Below are positions 49,300 through 59,698 of a stretch of DNA of 64,000 nt, one piece after another. Position 1 is the first letter of the stretch. Each line of letters begins with the position of its first letter. Origin of the DNA: Candidatus Glassbacteria bacterium (GTDB taxonomy: Bacteria > Gemmatimonadota > Glassbacteria > GWA2-58-10); contig VRUH01000006.1 of the NCBI GenBank assembly GCA_019456185.1, forward strand, positions 26,113 through 90,112, written 5' to 3'. The position numbers and the translations under genes were made by a program. A model generated the notes under the pieces. That model was not told the origin of the DNA and did not search any database. It saw only the letters and a program-made list of their open reading frames with translations.

Positions 49300-50394
49300 A
49301 TGAAGAGTTCAGGCTTGATTGTTTGCCTGGTATTGGTTTTACTCTTAGCGGCCGGCAGCGGGACTTTCCTCTTTGCCCGGTCAGGGAAGACCGCCAGGAT
49401 TGCAGTTACCCAGCCCAGGAATATTGAATGGCAGGATCCGTTTTCCAGTGAATATGACCCGGCCAGGATCCGCCCGCAATGCCAGGAGAACCTTGAAAAC
49501 AATTTCCGTCTCTTCGAGCGTGCCGGCGAGCTGGGGGCTGATCTGGTCTGCGGCCCGGAAGACATTCAACATATCGGCCCCTACCTGCTTTATCTCGAGA
49601 CTACGGACCCGGAGACTGGAGAATTGCTTTTCACCTCTCTGGCCGAGCCGATCCCCGGCCCGATAAGCCGGCGCGTTTCGGAAATCGCCCATAAATACCG
49701 GATGTATATAATCGCACCGATGTTCGAACGGGAAGGCGAGAAAGTATACAACACGGCGCTGGTCGTGGATCGTAACGGCGAGATAATCGGCAAGCACAGA
49801 AAAACTCACCTTCCGGTCATGGAAACCTGGGTGGTCAGCCGAGGGGATGAATACAAGGTTTTTACCACCGACTTCGCAAAAATAGCGATCGCCACCTGCT
49901 ATGAGGTGACCTATCCGGAAATCTGTGCGCTTTATGCCTTAAAAGGAGCGGAGTTGATTTTCAATCCCACCGGCGGTAAAGAGAACGATGGCCCTCTGGC
50001 CACCGCCCATCGCTACCTGACCCGGGCCAAGGACAACTCGGTTTACCTGGCCCCGGTTGCTTACGGCGAGGACGGCAGCGGAATTATCGATTTCAACAGC
50101 AAGGTGGTGGCCGAGGCGGTGGGGGTTACAGATACGGTCATCATGGCTGAAATAGACTTCTCCCGGGACCGGACAAATTCCAGCGAATGGTGGCGGAATA
50201 TCAACGGCACTGACAATATTCGGGCAATGAGGCTGCTTCTCAGAAGGCCCGAAACATACAAGCTCCTGACAGAGCCGAATCCTCTCCTGCTGGAACGCTA
50301 CCCGGACGTGCGTCTTACCACCGGTGACCGCAAGAGACAACTGAAGGCGTTAAAAGCGGTCGACTATAGCCCGAAAGGAGATACCAGGCGATAA
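49300..50394 (+). CDS. Secreted carbon-nitrogen hydrolase (nitrilase superfamily)
   Basis: Glu-Lys-Cys triad context: CGPED, HRKTHLP, ATCYE; signal peptide. Confidence 0.9.
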   Translation: MKSSGLIVCLVLVLLLAAGSGTFLFARSGKTARIAVTQPRNIEWQDPFSSEYDPARIRPQCQENLENNFRLFERAGELGADLVCGPEDIQHIGPYLLYLETTDPETGELLFTSLAEPIPGPISRRVSEIAHKYRMYIIAPMFEREGEKVYNTALVVDRNGEIIGKHRKTHLPVMETWVVSRGDEYKVFTTDFAKIAIATCYEVTYPEICALYALKGAELIFNPTGGKENDGPLATAHRYLTRAKDNSVYLAPVAYGEDGSGIIDFNSKVVAEAVGVTDTVIMAEIDFSRDRTNSSEWWRNINGTDNIRAMRLLLRRPETYKLLTEPNPLLLERYPDVRLTTGDRKRQLKALKAVDYSPKGDTRR

Positions 50395-50498
50395 CTTGTC
50401 TTCCATCTTTCAGCCTGATGAGCCGGCAGGGAAGCTTCCTCCCTCCTCAGGTTGCGCGGGTCGAACTTTTCATCCGTCCCTCGAGTCCGAATAATTCC

Positions 50499-50711
50499 AA
50501 CCAGCGTTTCGGTCTTTACCGCTGGCACGTGCTGGACCCGGTCCGGTTCGAGAAAGACCTCAAGGTGACTATCCAGGCCCTGGGCTGGCGCAGCGGAGGC
50601 CGTTACCTGCCGCTGCAGGACGATATCGCCTCGGTGGCCTACTGGTACCAGCGCGAGCCGCACGCCGGATTTCCGAAGCTGCCGGACAAGGATTATCTGG
50701 AAGTACGCTGA
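50499..50711 (+). pseudogene. C-terminal remnant of a DUF2961 (GH172) protein
   Basis: QRFGLYRWHVLDPVRFEKDLKVTIQALGWRSGGRYLPLQDDIASVAYWYQREPH is the DUF2961 C-terminus; only about 100 nt lie upstream of it. Confidence 0.8.
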
Positions 50712-50737
50712 GAGTACAGCATTGCACAGGGATAATA

Positions 50738-50772
50738 AACGCGGGGGCTGGTTTCAAACCAGCCCCCGCGTT
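50738..50772. repeat. Long palindrome (REP-like; probable terminator)
   Basis: AACGCGGGGGCTGGTT-tca-AACCAGCCCCCGCGTT, a 16-bp perfect stem with a GGTTTCAAACC core. Confidence 0.7.
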
Positions 50773-51181
50773 GTTTTGCGCGATGAAATGAAACCGGCTG
50801 ATAGTGCAGAGGCTCCCGTGTTAATTCAACCTGGCGGGGAGGAACACGCTGAAAGACAAGCCGGACAATGGAATGAATGATAATACGATTGCAATCAGGG
50901 CGGATACGTTCTATTTTGAGCAATCCGGTTTGGCGCGGCTGGGGCGCGGCTGACATTCGCTGATACGCGCGCAATATCGCTAACCCGGAAAAAAATGTAA
51001 CCAGATGCCTGTCCGTGGTGTATAAGAATAAAGAGTGCTGGCAATAACACCTGCGAACGAATAGATATTTCAAGCTTGTTTCCTGACTGGTTTTTCTGGT
51101 CCGAACGCTGCTGCACAAAGCTGATTCAAATAAATATCTTTTTCACGGTCTGGAAAAGTGCAGATTTCAGCTCTTAAAAAC

Positions 51182-52399
51182 ATGGCTTCATCTGGAATCC
51201 TCGCGATTCTTCCAGTCATACTTCCGGCCGTTTTCGCCGGCTGCGGCTCAGCCGCCGGCGGTGCGGCTCCTTTGACCTTTCTGGTCACCCGGCAGGACCT
51301 GGTCTCATCGATCACCGCCGAGGGAATTGTGGAAGCTCAGCGACAACTTCCCCTGCAAGCGCCCCGTCTTAGGGAGACACTTCCTCAACTGTCCTTCCTG
51401 TCGCCCGAATTTTCCTACGTCCGGAAAGGTGATGTGGCCATGAGGTTCAACGATGAAGAGATCCGCGTCAAGCTGGAACAGGCTGAGCGCAACCTTGAAA
51501 CCGTCCGTTCCGATCTGGCCAAGCTTGACGCGGAGCAGGAGAGCCGGATCGCCCAGCTCGAGGCGCAGGTCAGGCGTGCGGAGGCTTCGATGCAATCCTC
51601 ACGGCTCAAGCTGGCCGAGCTGGAGTTCGTGGCCCCGCGCGAACGCGAAATCAGGGAGCTGCAAATCCGCAAATCAGGAATCGAGGCCGCCAAGAGCCGC
51701 AAGAAGCTGGATTCTATCAGTCAAGTGCACAAGAAAGAACGCTCACAGTTCCTGCTGCGGATCAAGCAGGAGCAAAGCAAGGTCGGGACAGAGCGGTCAA
51801 ACATGGAGCAATTGGTACTGGAGGCGCCGGTTGACGGCTATGTTCTATACCACTGGAACTTTTTAACCCGAGAATTCTTCAAACCAGGAGACCCCGCTAT
51901 CCCCGGGGGGGCGGTGGTCTCTATTGCCGATATTTCCACCGTGCAGATAAAACTGCAGTTGAGCGAAACGGAAGTCCAGCGGATGGCCGCCGGCCAGGTT
52001 GCGGAAATCACTATCGAGTCGCTGGGAGGGCTTAAACTCAGCGGCAGGGTGATCCAGGTGGCCCAGGTGGCCAAGCCTGTCAGAAGAAATTCGGCTGTGA
52101 AAAAGGTGGAAGTGGTGGTGGCGATCGACACTACCGCCCCGGGCCTGGTGCCGGGCTTGTCGGCGAGTTGCACTGTGATAAAGGAGCATGTAGAGGACGC
52201 GGTTGTAGTACCGCTGGAAACGGTATTCGACCGGGACAGCGCCAAAGTGGTCTACGCCTTCTCCGGCGGAGAGTTTAGCGTGCGGCAGGTGGAGCTGGGA
52301 GCAAAGAGCGCGGATTTCGCGGTTGTCCTTGAGGGCCTGGACGGCGGCGAGCAACTGGCCCTTCGCGAGCCGGACCGTTCGTTGATCGCCGGCGATTAG
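51182..52399 (+). CDS. HlyD/MacA-type periplasmic adaptor 1 (lipoprotein)
   Basis: VFAG-C lipobox; long coiled-coil hairpin; LEAPVDG and PGLSASC motifs. Confidence 0.85.
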   Translation: MASSGILAILPVILPAVFAGCGSAAGGAAPLTFLVTRQDLVSSITAEGIVEAQRQLPLQAPRLRETLPQLSFLSPEFSYVRKGDVAMRFNDEEIRVKLEQAERNLETVRSDLAKLDAEQESRIAQLEAQVRRAEASMQSSRLKLAELEFVAPREREIRELQIRKSGIEAAKSRKKLDSISQVHKKERSQFLLRIKQEQSKVGTERSNMEQLVLEAPVDGYVLYHWNFLTREFFKPGDPAIPGGAVVSIADISTVQIKLQLSETEVQRMAAGQVAEITIESLGGLKLSGRVIQVAQVAKPVRRNSAVKKVEVVVAIDTTAPGLVPGLSASCTVIKEHVEDAVVVPLETVFDRDSAKVVYAFSGGEFSVRQVELGAKSADFAVVLEGLDGGEQLALREPDRSLIAGD

Positions 52400-52421
52400 C
52401 AACTACAGGGAAGCGGATTAT

Positions 52422-53696
52422 ATGAAAGTAGCGGAGTTGAAAGCGGTCAAACATTTGCTGGTGTATTCAGCGGCGACTGTTCCGCTGGCGCTCAGCCTCT
52501 CCTGCGGCAGTCCGCTGGGCAGTACGGTTCCGGTTTACACAGTGGCGCGCGGGAACTTCCAGAACACCCTTACTGTCACCGGCGACCTCAAGGCCGTCAA
52601 TTCGCAGGTGATTTCCGCGCCGGCGCTGAGCTGGTCGATGGGAATGCCTAAAATCGCCACGCTGGTGGACGACGGGAAGAAAGTGGAAAAAGGCGAACTG
52701 CTGGCCCAGTTCGACCCCTCCGAAGTTGAAAAGACGCTGACCGATGCGCAGAACGAGTTGGATATCGCCCTGGCCGAGTTGGCCAAAACCGAGCTCAATC
52801 ACAGTTCTGAAATTGAAGACCTGGAGTCCGACCTTCAGGTAGCCGAGATCGACTTGCGTATCTCCAGGCTGAAGCTCGAGCAGTCATCGTTCGAGGCTGA
52901 AATTGACCGCAAGCAGATCGAGCTCAATGTGGAAAATGCGGAAATCCAGGTCGAGCAGGCGCGCAGGGAAATTGAGAACAAGAAGAAGGTCCAGCATGAG
53001 GACCGGAGCAAGCTGAAGCTTAAAGTCAACCAGGCCCGCAGCAAACTCGAGCAGGCGCGGGAAACCCTCGAGAGCTTGACTGTCCTGGCTCCCTCGCCGG
53101 GAATCGCGATCCTGCGCGAAAACCGGCAGACCGGCGAAAAAGTTCAGGTCAACGACCAGGTATATCCGGGCTGGCCCCTGATTGGCCTGCCGGACTTATC
53201 TCTGCTCAAGGCCGATGCAAAAGTCAACGAGATCGATATCTCCCGCGTGGAAATCGGCCAGCGGGTCAGGATCAGGCTCGACGCCTACCCGGACACCGTA
53301 TTCACCGGCAACGTCAAGGAGATTGCCACCCTGGCCACGAGAAAGGACCGGGGCTCATCGTCGGTGATGGTGTTCGAAACCACGATTTACCTCGATGGCG
53401 AAGACGAGCGCCTGCTGCCCGGCATGACTGTCAGCTGCGAAATCCTGATTGACGAAATTCCGGATACCTTGTTTATCCCGCTGGAGGCCTTGTTTTTCAG
53501 GGACGGTGAGCGGATTGTCTATGTCCGCAACGGCGCGGGGTTCGACGAGCGTAACATTAAAATCGGCACCGAAAGCGAGAACTACGCGGTCGTTGTCGAG
53601 GGGCTGGAGGAGGGAGAGAGCGTGGCCCTGATCGACCCGACAGTCTCCGCGGAGGAAGAGGAAGACAGCGGCGGTAACGGTGAAGAGGAGCAATGA
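52422..53696 (+). CDS. HlyD/MacA-type periplasmic adaptor 2 (lipoprotein)
   Basis: LSLS-C lipobox; LAPSPG, VNEIDISRV and LPGMTVSC motifs. Confidence 0.88.
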   Translation: MKVAELKAVKHLLVYSAATVPLALSLSCGSPLGSTVPVYTVARGNFQNTLTVTGDLKAVNSQVISAPALSWSMGMPKIATLVDDGKKVEKGELLAQFDPSEVEKTLTDAQNELDIALAELAKTELNHSSEIEDLESDLQVAEIDLRISRLKLEQSSFEAEIDRKQIELNVENAEIQVEQARREIENKKKVQHEDRSKLKLKVNQARSKLEQARETLESLTVLAPSPGIAILRENRQTGEKVQVNDQVYPGWPLIGLPDLSLLKADAKVNEIDISRVEIGQRVRIRLDAYPDTVFTGNVKEIATLATRKDRGSSSVMVFETTIYLDGEDERLLPGMTVSCEILIDEIPDTLFIPLEALFFRDGERIVYVRNGAGFDERNIKIGTESENYAVVVEGLEEGESVALIDPTVSAEEEEDSGGNGEEEQ

Positions 53697-54721
53697 TGAA
53701 GCATGCCGGCGGTAAAATCATCTTGATTGCGGCTCTGACTGCGCTCATCTCCTGCGGCGCAGCGGAGCGGGACGAGAGAGATTCCGGCCCCGGGGCCGTG
53801 TCCCTGTTCACCGAAACCGGACACCTTCAGGCGGTCAGCAGTACCGGGATCGTGATGCCCTGGTACAACTGGTCGTACGGCCAGCCGCAGATAACATTCC
53901 TCGAGACAGAAGGCACTATCGTAGACAGGGGAGACGTTGTGGCGGAGCTCGATAAATCCGGCGCGCTGAAAGCTCTGGAAAACGCCGAGGCGGAACTGGA
54001 GATTGCCCTCGCCGACCTGAGCAGTATGAAAATGAACCAGGCCACGGCATTGGAAAAGCTCAACGCCGAACTCAGGCAGCGCCTCTCCCGGCATCGTCAG
54101 GCCCGGATCGACACCCAGCGCGTGGCCTACGAATCCGAGTCGAAAAAAAATATCGAGCTGCTCGAGCTGGAGAACGCGGAAATCGAAATGCAAAAGGCCG
54201 GACGCAAGATTGAATCGACAAAACTGGTGCAGGTGCAGGAGCTCAAGATCCAGCTCGCCAAAATCGAGCAGACACGCTCCGTCATTACCACCGCGGAACG
54301 AGCGATCAAAAATTTCACGCTCACCGCTCCGGCTCCCGGAATGGTGGTTTACAGTATCATCCGTCAGGACCGTGAGCGCCGCAAAGTGCAGGTCGGCGAC
54401 AAGCTTCATAGAGGCCGGCCGATTGTCCAGTTGCCGGACATGTCGCAGATGAAAGCCGAGACCGCGGTTAACGAAACCGATATCAGCAAGATCGAGACGG
54501 GCCAGAAGGTGCTGGTCCGCCTGGACGCCTATCCGCGCAAGGTGTTCGATGGGGTGATTACCTCGATCAGCTACACCTGCCACCGCAAAAACCGCAATTC
54601 GAGTATCAAGGTCTTCGATGTCGTGGTGCTGGTGGACGGTACGGACCGGATTCTGAAACCCGGTATGACTGTCAGTTGCGAATTCCTGTCGACGGCGGAA
54701 ACGGTAACCGCCAATCCCTGA
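53693..54721 (+). CDS. HlyD/MacA-type periplasmic adaptor 3 (lipoprotein)
   Basis: LIS-C lipobox; LTAPAPG, VNETDISKI and LKPGMTVSC motifs; ATGA overlap with adaptor 2. Confidence 0.85.
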   Translation: MMKHAGGKIILIAALTALISCGAAERDERDSGPGAVSLFTETGHLQAVSSTGIVMPWYNWSYGQPQITFLETEGTIVDRGDVVAELDKSGALKALENAEAELEIALADLSSMKMNQATALEKLNAELRQRLSRHRQARIDTQRVAYESESKKNIELLELENAEIEMQKAGRKIESTKLVQVQELKIQLAKIEQTRSVITTAERAIKNFTLTAPAPGMVVYSIIRQDRERRKVQVGDKLHRGRPIVQLPDMSQMKAETAVNETDISKIETGQKVLVRLDAYPRKVFDGVITSISYTCHRKNRNSSIKVFDVVVLVDGTDRILKPGMTVSCEFLSTAETVTANP

Positions 54722-54748
54722 TTCACTTTCCCGGAGTCAAGCGGCAGC

Positions 54749-55987
54749 ATGGAACTGCGTGACTATCTCAAGATGGGTCTCGAGGGCCTGTCCTACCACA
54801 AAATCCGCTCCCTGCTGACCATGCTGGGGATTATCCTCGGCGTGGCCTCGGTAATCGCCATGCTCTCGATCGGCGAGGGCGCCAAGCGGGAGGCCCTGGC
54901 CAAGTTCGAGGTGCTGGGGGTCAACAACATTATCGTCCGGGAAAAAAGGCTCAGCGATCAGGAACTCGAAGAAGCGAGGGCCAAGTTCTCGGCGGGGCTG
55001 TCGCTGGCCGACGCCGGGGCGATCGGAGAGATAGTGTCGACTGTCGAGCGGATCGCCCCCCAGGCCGAACTCGAGGTCGAGGCGAAATTCGAGGACAAAT
55101 CGGTCAAGTCCGTGCTGGTGGGCGCAACACCGGATCTGTTCAGGATTCTCAATTACGACCTCAGCGCCGGCGTAGCGCTGAGCCGGGAGCAGTGCGACCG
55201 CGCGGCCAAGGTCTGCCTGCTGGGCAGCGAGGTGGCCCGCGACCTGTTCCCGTCAGTTGAACCGCTCGGACGGCAGGTAAAAATCAACGACCAGTGGTTC
55301 GAGGTCTCCGGTGTGATCGGCAACCGCTCGCTCTACACCGAAACAGTGGGCGAACTGGCCGCCCGCAACCTGAACCAGGATATCTATATCCCGCTCTCGG
55401 CGTTCCTGATGAGGTTCGACAAGGAGGAAAACCTGGCCAGCGAAATCGACCAGCTGACACTCAAGGTGGCCGATTCGGACGACCTGGTGGAGACCGGCGC
55501 GGTGATCCGGCGGATATTGGAGCGGCGGCACCATAACAACAAGGATTTCGATATCGTGATCCCGTTCGAGCTGCTCAAGCAGGAGGAGAAGGAGCGCCGG
55601 ATCTACAACATCGTGCTGGGTTCGATCGCGGCGATCTCCCTGCTGGTGGGCGGGATCGGAATCATGAACATCATGCTCGCCTCGGTGCTTGAGCGGACGC
55701 GCGAAATCGGTATCCGGCGGGCGCTGGGGGCCAAGCGGCATGATATCCAGATCCAGTTTCTGCTCGAATCGGTGGGTCTGAGCCTGGTGGGCGGACTGAT
55801 CGGGATCGCCCTGGGGATTATCCTCTCGGTGATCGTGGGCAATATCGGGGATTTCAGCTCGATTGTCTCTCCTCTCCACGTCCTGCTGGCCTTCGTGGTC
55901 TCCGGCGGCGTGGGCGTGGCCTCGGGCACCGTGCCGGCCAGGCGGGCGGCGAGTATCGACCCCATCGAGGCCTTGCGCTACGAGTAG
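54749..55987 (+). CDS. ABC transporter permease, MacB/FtsX-like
   Basis: RSLLTMLGIILGVASVIAM and SLLVGGIGIMNIMLASVLERTREIGIRRALGA motifs. Confidence 0.93.
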   Translation: MELRDYLKMGLEGLSYHKIRSLLTMLGIILGVASVIAMLSIGEGAKREALAKFEVLGVNNIIVREKRLSDQELEEARAKFSAGLSLADAGAIGEIVSTVERIAPQAELEVEAKFEDKSVKSVLVGATPDLFRILNYDLSAGVALSREQCDRAAKVCLLGSEVARDLFPSVEPLGRQVKINDQWFEVSGVIGNRSLYTETVGELAARNLNQDIYIPLSAFLMRFDKEENLASEIDQLTLKVADSDDLVETGAVIRRILERRHHNNKDFDIVIPFELLKQEEKERRIYNIVLGSIAAISLLVGGIGIMNIMLASVLERTREIGIRRALGAKRHDIQIQFLLESVGLSLVGGLIGIALGIILSVIVGNIGDFSSIVSPLHVLLAFVVSGGVGVASGTVPARRAASIDPIEALRYE

Positions 55988-56056
55988 TTCAGTCTCTCCA
56001 GACCATCAGTCGCTTAATGAGTTACCCATAATCAGCTATAGTATTGAGAGGTTAGC

Positions 56057-57589
56057 ATGAACCTGAAAATGCGTATCGCCGGGCTGATTCTCTGCTTAAC
56101 GCCAGCGACCGCTCAGTTGGCTGCCCAGCTGGAACCGGTGGACCTGACAGTTGACGATGCAATCGAGCTGGCCCTGGAGCGAGGTTACCGCGCCAGGGTG
56201 GAGCGGCTGAACCTGATCCGGGCCGAGCAGCTGGTTAAAGCGTCCAAAGGACGGTTCCGCACCCAGATCACGATGCAGCTCAACGCACCCGATTTTCAGG
56301 AGAGCGTCCAGCCGTTCCGGATCCCGAACGAGGTCCCCTATTACAACACCACCGGCAGGCTGAGATGGCAGAGCAGACTGACGATCACCCAGCCGCTGCC
56401 CACCGACGGCAGGATCAGTCTCAACTCCAATCTCTACCAAACCCGCGAATCGGTCTTCCGCGACCAGTTGAACACCACCGATAAGGACAAGCGCTTCTAT
56501 ACCTCGCTCCGTCTCGAACTGCGCCAGCCCCTGTTCGTACCCAACACGCTCAAACTGGGTCTCGAGCGGGCGAATCTTCAGCACGAGCTGGCCCAACGGG
56601 ATTTTACCCGCACCGAGCTGGACGTTGTCTACCAGGTGACCGAATCCTTCTTCAACCTTTACCGCACCAAACGCGAACTGGAGATCGCCAGGGAGGAAGT
56701 GGAGCAGCAGCAGGAGTCATATAACCTGGCCCAGCGCAAGTTTGAAGCCGGCCTGATCCCCGAGGTCGATGCCCTGCAGATGGAGGTCGACCTGGCCCAG
56801 AGCCGCAACAATATGCTGAGCGCCGAGGGGAGTCTTTCGCAGCAGGAGGACCTGTTCAAGCTCACTGTCGGGCTGCCGCTGGAGGAGCGTGTCGACGTAA
56901 CCACCGAGTTGCGGATCAGGCGGTTCGAGGTGGATCAACGCCAAGCGGTCGAGCATGGCCTGGCTTACCGCTCCGAGATCCGCGAACGGGAAATCAACCG
57001 CCGGCTGGCCGAAATCACCCTGGAGCAAACCGACGCACAATCGGCGATCAGCGGCGTAATCAGCGCCTACTACGACCTGACCGGCGTCAGCGACCCGCTG
57101 CTGGACTACGGCAGCAGCGTATCGCGTCTGTTCCGCTCCAGTATCGAGGACCTCAAGCAGCGGCCGAAAAACAGGGGGGTCACGTTCACGCTCTCCCTGC
57201 CGATCTGGGATTCCGGGGTCAACAGGGCCGAGGTGGCCGAGGCCCGCGCCACCCTGCAGGTGACTGGCTTGAGCGAAGAGGAGGAGCGACGCAGGGTAAC
57301 CCGCGAGATCAGGGCGGTAATCACCCGGCTGAAAGAAACTCTCGGCCGCCTGGACGTACTCAGGCAGAGCGAGGAGGTGGCGCTGCGGGGCTACGAGATC
57401 AGCCAGGCGCGGTTCGTCAACGGAGATATCACCAGCCAGGACCTGGCGCTCAACCGCGTAAGGCTGACCAATGCCCGCCAGAACTACCTGTCGGCGTTTA
57501 TCGCCTACCAGCTGGCTGTCGCCGACCTGAAACGCAACACGCTCTACGACTGGGAGAACGGCAGGAGCCTAGTCGAGGACGCGAGTTGA
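56057..57589 (+). CDS. TolC-family outer membrane protein
   Basis: Signal peptide; [20 protein letters not shown] and RFVNG motifs; helical repeats. Confidence 0.88.
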   Translation: MNLKMRIAGLILCLTPATAQLAAQLEPVDLTVDDAIELALERGYRARVERLNLIRAEQLVKASKGRFRTQITMQLNAPDFQESVQPFRIPNEVPYYNTTGRLRWQSRLTITQPLPTDGRISLNSNLYQTRESVFRDQLNTTDKDKRFYTSLRLELRQPLFVPNTLKLGLERANLQHELAQRDFTRTELDVVYQVTESFFNLYRTKRELEIAREEVEQQQESYNLAQRKFEAGLIPEVDALQMEVDLAQSRNNMLSAEGSLSQQEDLFKLTVGLPLEERVDVTTELRIRRFEVDQRQAVEHGLAYRSEIREREINRRLAEITLEQTDAQSAISGVISAYYDLTGVSDPLLDYGSSVSRLFRSSIEDLKQRPKNRGVTFTLSLPIWDSGVNRAEVAEARATLQVTGLSEEEERRRVTREIRAVITRLKETLGRLDVLRQSEEVALRGYEISQARFVNGDITSQDLALNRVRLTNARQNYLSAFIAYQLAVADLKRNTLYDWENGRSLVEDAS

Positions 57590-57612
57590 CCGGCCGGAGC
57601 GGGAACAACGGA

Positions 57613-58299
57613 ATGCTGATCGAATTGAATGAAATAGCCAAGATCTACCGGGTGGGCAACTACGACGTGCACGCTCTTCGCGGGGTGGACCTGCGGATAG
57701 ATGAGAACGAGTACGTGGCGATCATGGGCCCCTCGGGCTCCGGCAAATCCACGCTGATGAATATCCTGGGATGCCTGGACACGCCGAGTTCGGGGACCCA
57801 CTATTTCGCCGGAGAGCTGGTGAGTTCGCTCAGCGACGACGCCCTGGCCGGTATCCGTAACCGCCGGATCGGCTTCGTGTTCCAGACCTTCAACCTTCTT
57901 CCCCGCACCGACGCGCTGACCAACGTGGCGCTGCCGCTGGTATACAGCGGAGCCAGCCCCGAGCAGCGGGTCGAGGCGGCCGGACGGGCGCTGGCCCGGG
58001 TCGGGCTGGCCGACAGGATGGAGCACAGGCCCAACGAGCTTTCCGGCGGACAGCGCCAGCGGGTGGCGATCGCCCGGGCCCTGGTCAACAACCCGTCGAT
58101 TATCCTCGCCGATGAGCCGACCGGCAACCTGGATTCAAAGACCGGCGAGGAGATCATGAGGATATTCAATGCGCTTCACCAGCAGGGTAACACGATTATC
58201 CTGGTGACCCACGAAGAGTATCTCGCGGCCAACGCCAGCCGGATTGTCCGCCTGATGGACGGCCATATCGAAAGCGATCGGGTTGTGTCCAGAGATTGA
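57613..58299 (+). CDS. ABC transporter ATP-binding protein (MacB/LolD-like)
   Basis: [22 protein letters not shown] and [11 protein letters not shown] motifs; start 57613 (or TTG 57586). Confidence 0.95.
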   Translation: MLIELNEIAKIYRVGNYDVHALRGVDLRIDENEYVAIMGPSGSGKSTLMNILGCLDTPSSGTHYFAGELVSSLSDDALAGIRNRRIGFVFQTFNLLPRTDALTNVALPLVYSGASPEQRVEAAGRALARVGLADRMEHRPNELSGGQRQRVAIARALVNNPSIILADEPTGNLDSKTGEEIMRIFNALHQQGNTIILVTHEEYLAANASRIVRLMDGHIESDRVVSRD

Positions 58300-58353
58300 A
58301 CGCGCTGAAATTGCGGAAACAAGTCAGGGTGCGGACTGTCGGCTATCCATCTC

Positions 58354-58503
58354 GAGAAAATCCAATCCTGGAGGAGGCACTATAATGTTAGCCGGCCTCA
58401 CATGGCCCTGAACCACCTGACTCCCCGGCAATACCGGGCATCTGAGCCAAACTTAACCTCCAATCCCAACTTTATGACTGGTACATGAATGGGGGCAAGC
58501 TCA
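58354..58503 (+). mobile_element. IS3-family (IS407-like) remnant: transposase C-terminus and right inverted repeat
   Basis: EKIQSWRRHYNVSRPHMALNHLTPRQY (YNxxRPHxxL..TP motif) followed by ...ATGGGGGCAAGCTCA. Confidence 0.8.
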
Positions 58504-58574
58504 CCCAAAAACATAATAGAGTTGATTCAGGCGTTGGCGGTTTGACTGCTCTACTATTCAATGAAATCTTTTTT

Positions 58575-58588
58575 CGGGAGGCAGGTCA
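58575..58588 (+). mobile_element. Second IS3/IS407-like terminal repeat fragment
   Basis: CGGGAGGCAGGTCA resembles the GGGGGCAGGTCA end of IS407-group elements. Confidence 0.4.
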
Positions 58589-58852
58589 CTCTGAGGGGGA
58601 AGTATCTTTTTTCCTGCTCAGGCCCAGAAAATAATTGATACTCCTGATGAAAACGGATAATTTTTCGTAGAGATGATGGGAATCTCTCGATGCAAGCTTA
58701 AAAGGACGAAAGATTTCGCTCAAAATCAAAAAATTAAACCATCTTTGGCAGTTTTAATTTTGATATGGGGAATGTCGAATTAACTGCTTTCAGCCCTGTT
58801 CTCCCGGTGAGAACCGTTGTCCGGCCGTCCCCCAGCCGACCCGGAGCACCCC

Positions 58853-59698
58853 ATGAGCAAGAGCAGGCCAGCAAGCCAATCAATTTATCTGCCGGACATT
58901 TTTACCATCGGATCGGTGTCGGAGCTGTCTCCCACGGAAAAGCTGTTCCGGCTGGAATTTCCCGCCGGCAAAAGTTTCATGCACAAGCCGGGCCAGTTTA
59001 TCCAGCTTTCTCTGGCCGGCTACGGCGAAGCACCGATTTCTATCTCCAATTCGCCCACACGGGGCGGTTACCTTGAACTGGGTATCCGACAGGCAGGCAC
59101 CCTGACCGGGGCCATGCATCGGCTGAAACCCGGCGACAATGTGGGAGTGCGCGGCCCGTTCGGCAGTTGTTTCGAAGTCGGCGGCCTGCGGAGCAACGAC
59201 CTGCTGCTGATTGCCGGTGGCTGCGGGATGGCCCCCCTTCGCTCGCTGATCCAGTACTGCGAGGACCGCCGGAAGGAGTTTGGCCGGGTGACGATCCTCT
59301 ACGGGGCCAAAACTCCGGCAGACCTGCTCTACAAGGACGAACTGAGCGCCTGGGAAAATTCGGACAGCCTGGATTGCCTGACCACGGTGGACAGCGACGG
59401 AGGTGATGCCAGCTACAGGGGCCACACGGGTTTTGTCCCGGCGTTGATCGAGCCGCTCGCTGTTGATCCTGACAATACCCGGGCCGTGATCGTCGGGCCG
59501 CCGCTGATGTACAGGCCGGTTATCGGGGAACTGCGAAAAAAAGGCCTGGAGGAAAGCCGGATTACGGTTTCCCTGGAGCGCCATATGAAATGCGGTATTG
59601 GTAAATGCGGCCATTGCGCGATCGAGCACCTCTACTGCTGCCTGGACGGGCCCGTATTCCCACTCCAGGATGTAAGCGAATTGTGGGGAGCGCTATGA
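58853..59698 (+). CDS. FAD/NAD(P)-binding 2Fe-2S subunit (AsrB / sulfhydrogenase gamma / FlxA-like)
   Basis: PGQFIQLS..G.GEAPIS, RGPFG, IAGGCGMAPLRS and MKCGIGKCGHC...CLDGPVF motifs. Confidence 0.9.
   Translation: MSKSRPASQSIYLPDIFTIGSVSELSPTEKLFRLEFPAGKSFMHKPGQFIQLSLAGYGEAPISISNSPTRGGYLELGIRQAGTLTGAMHRLKPGDNVGVRGPFGSCFEVGGLRSNDLLLIAGGCGMAPLRSLIQYCEDRRKEFGRVTILYGAKTPADLLYKDELSAWENSDSLDCLTTVDSDGGDASYRGHTGFVPALIEPLAVDPDNTRAVIVGPPLMYRPVIGELRKKGLEESRITVSLERHMKCGIGKCGHCAIEHLYCCLDGPVFPLQDVSELWGAL

Noticed and set aside
59605-59694. 30-aa N-terminal extension of the FDH in the ORF track
   Set aside because: It overlaps the upstream gene's 2Fe-2S motif in another frame; ATG 59695 gives the usual ATGA coupling and the canonical start before CPYC.
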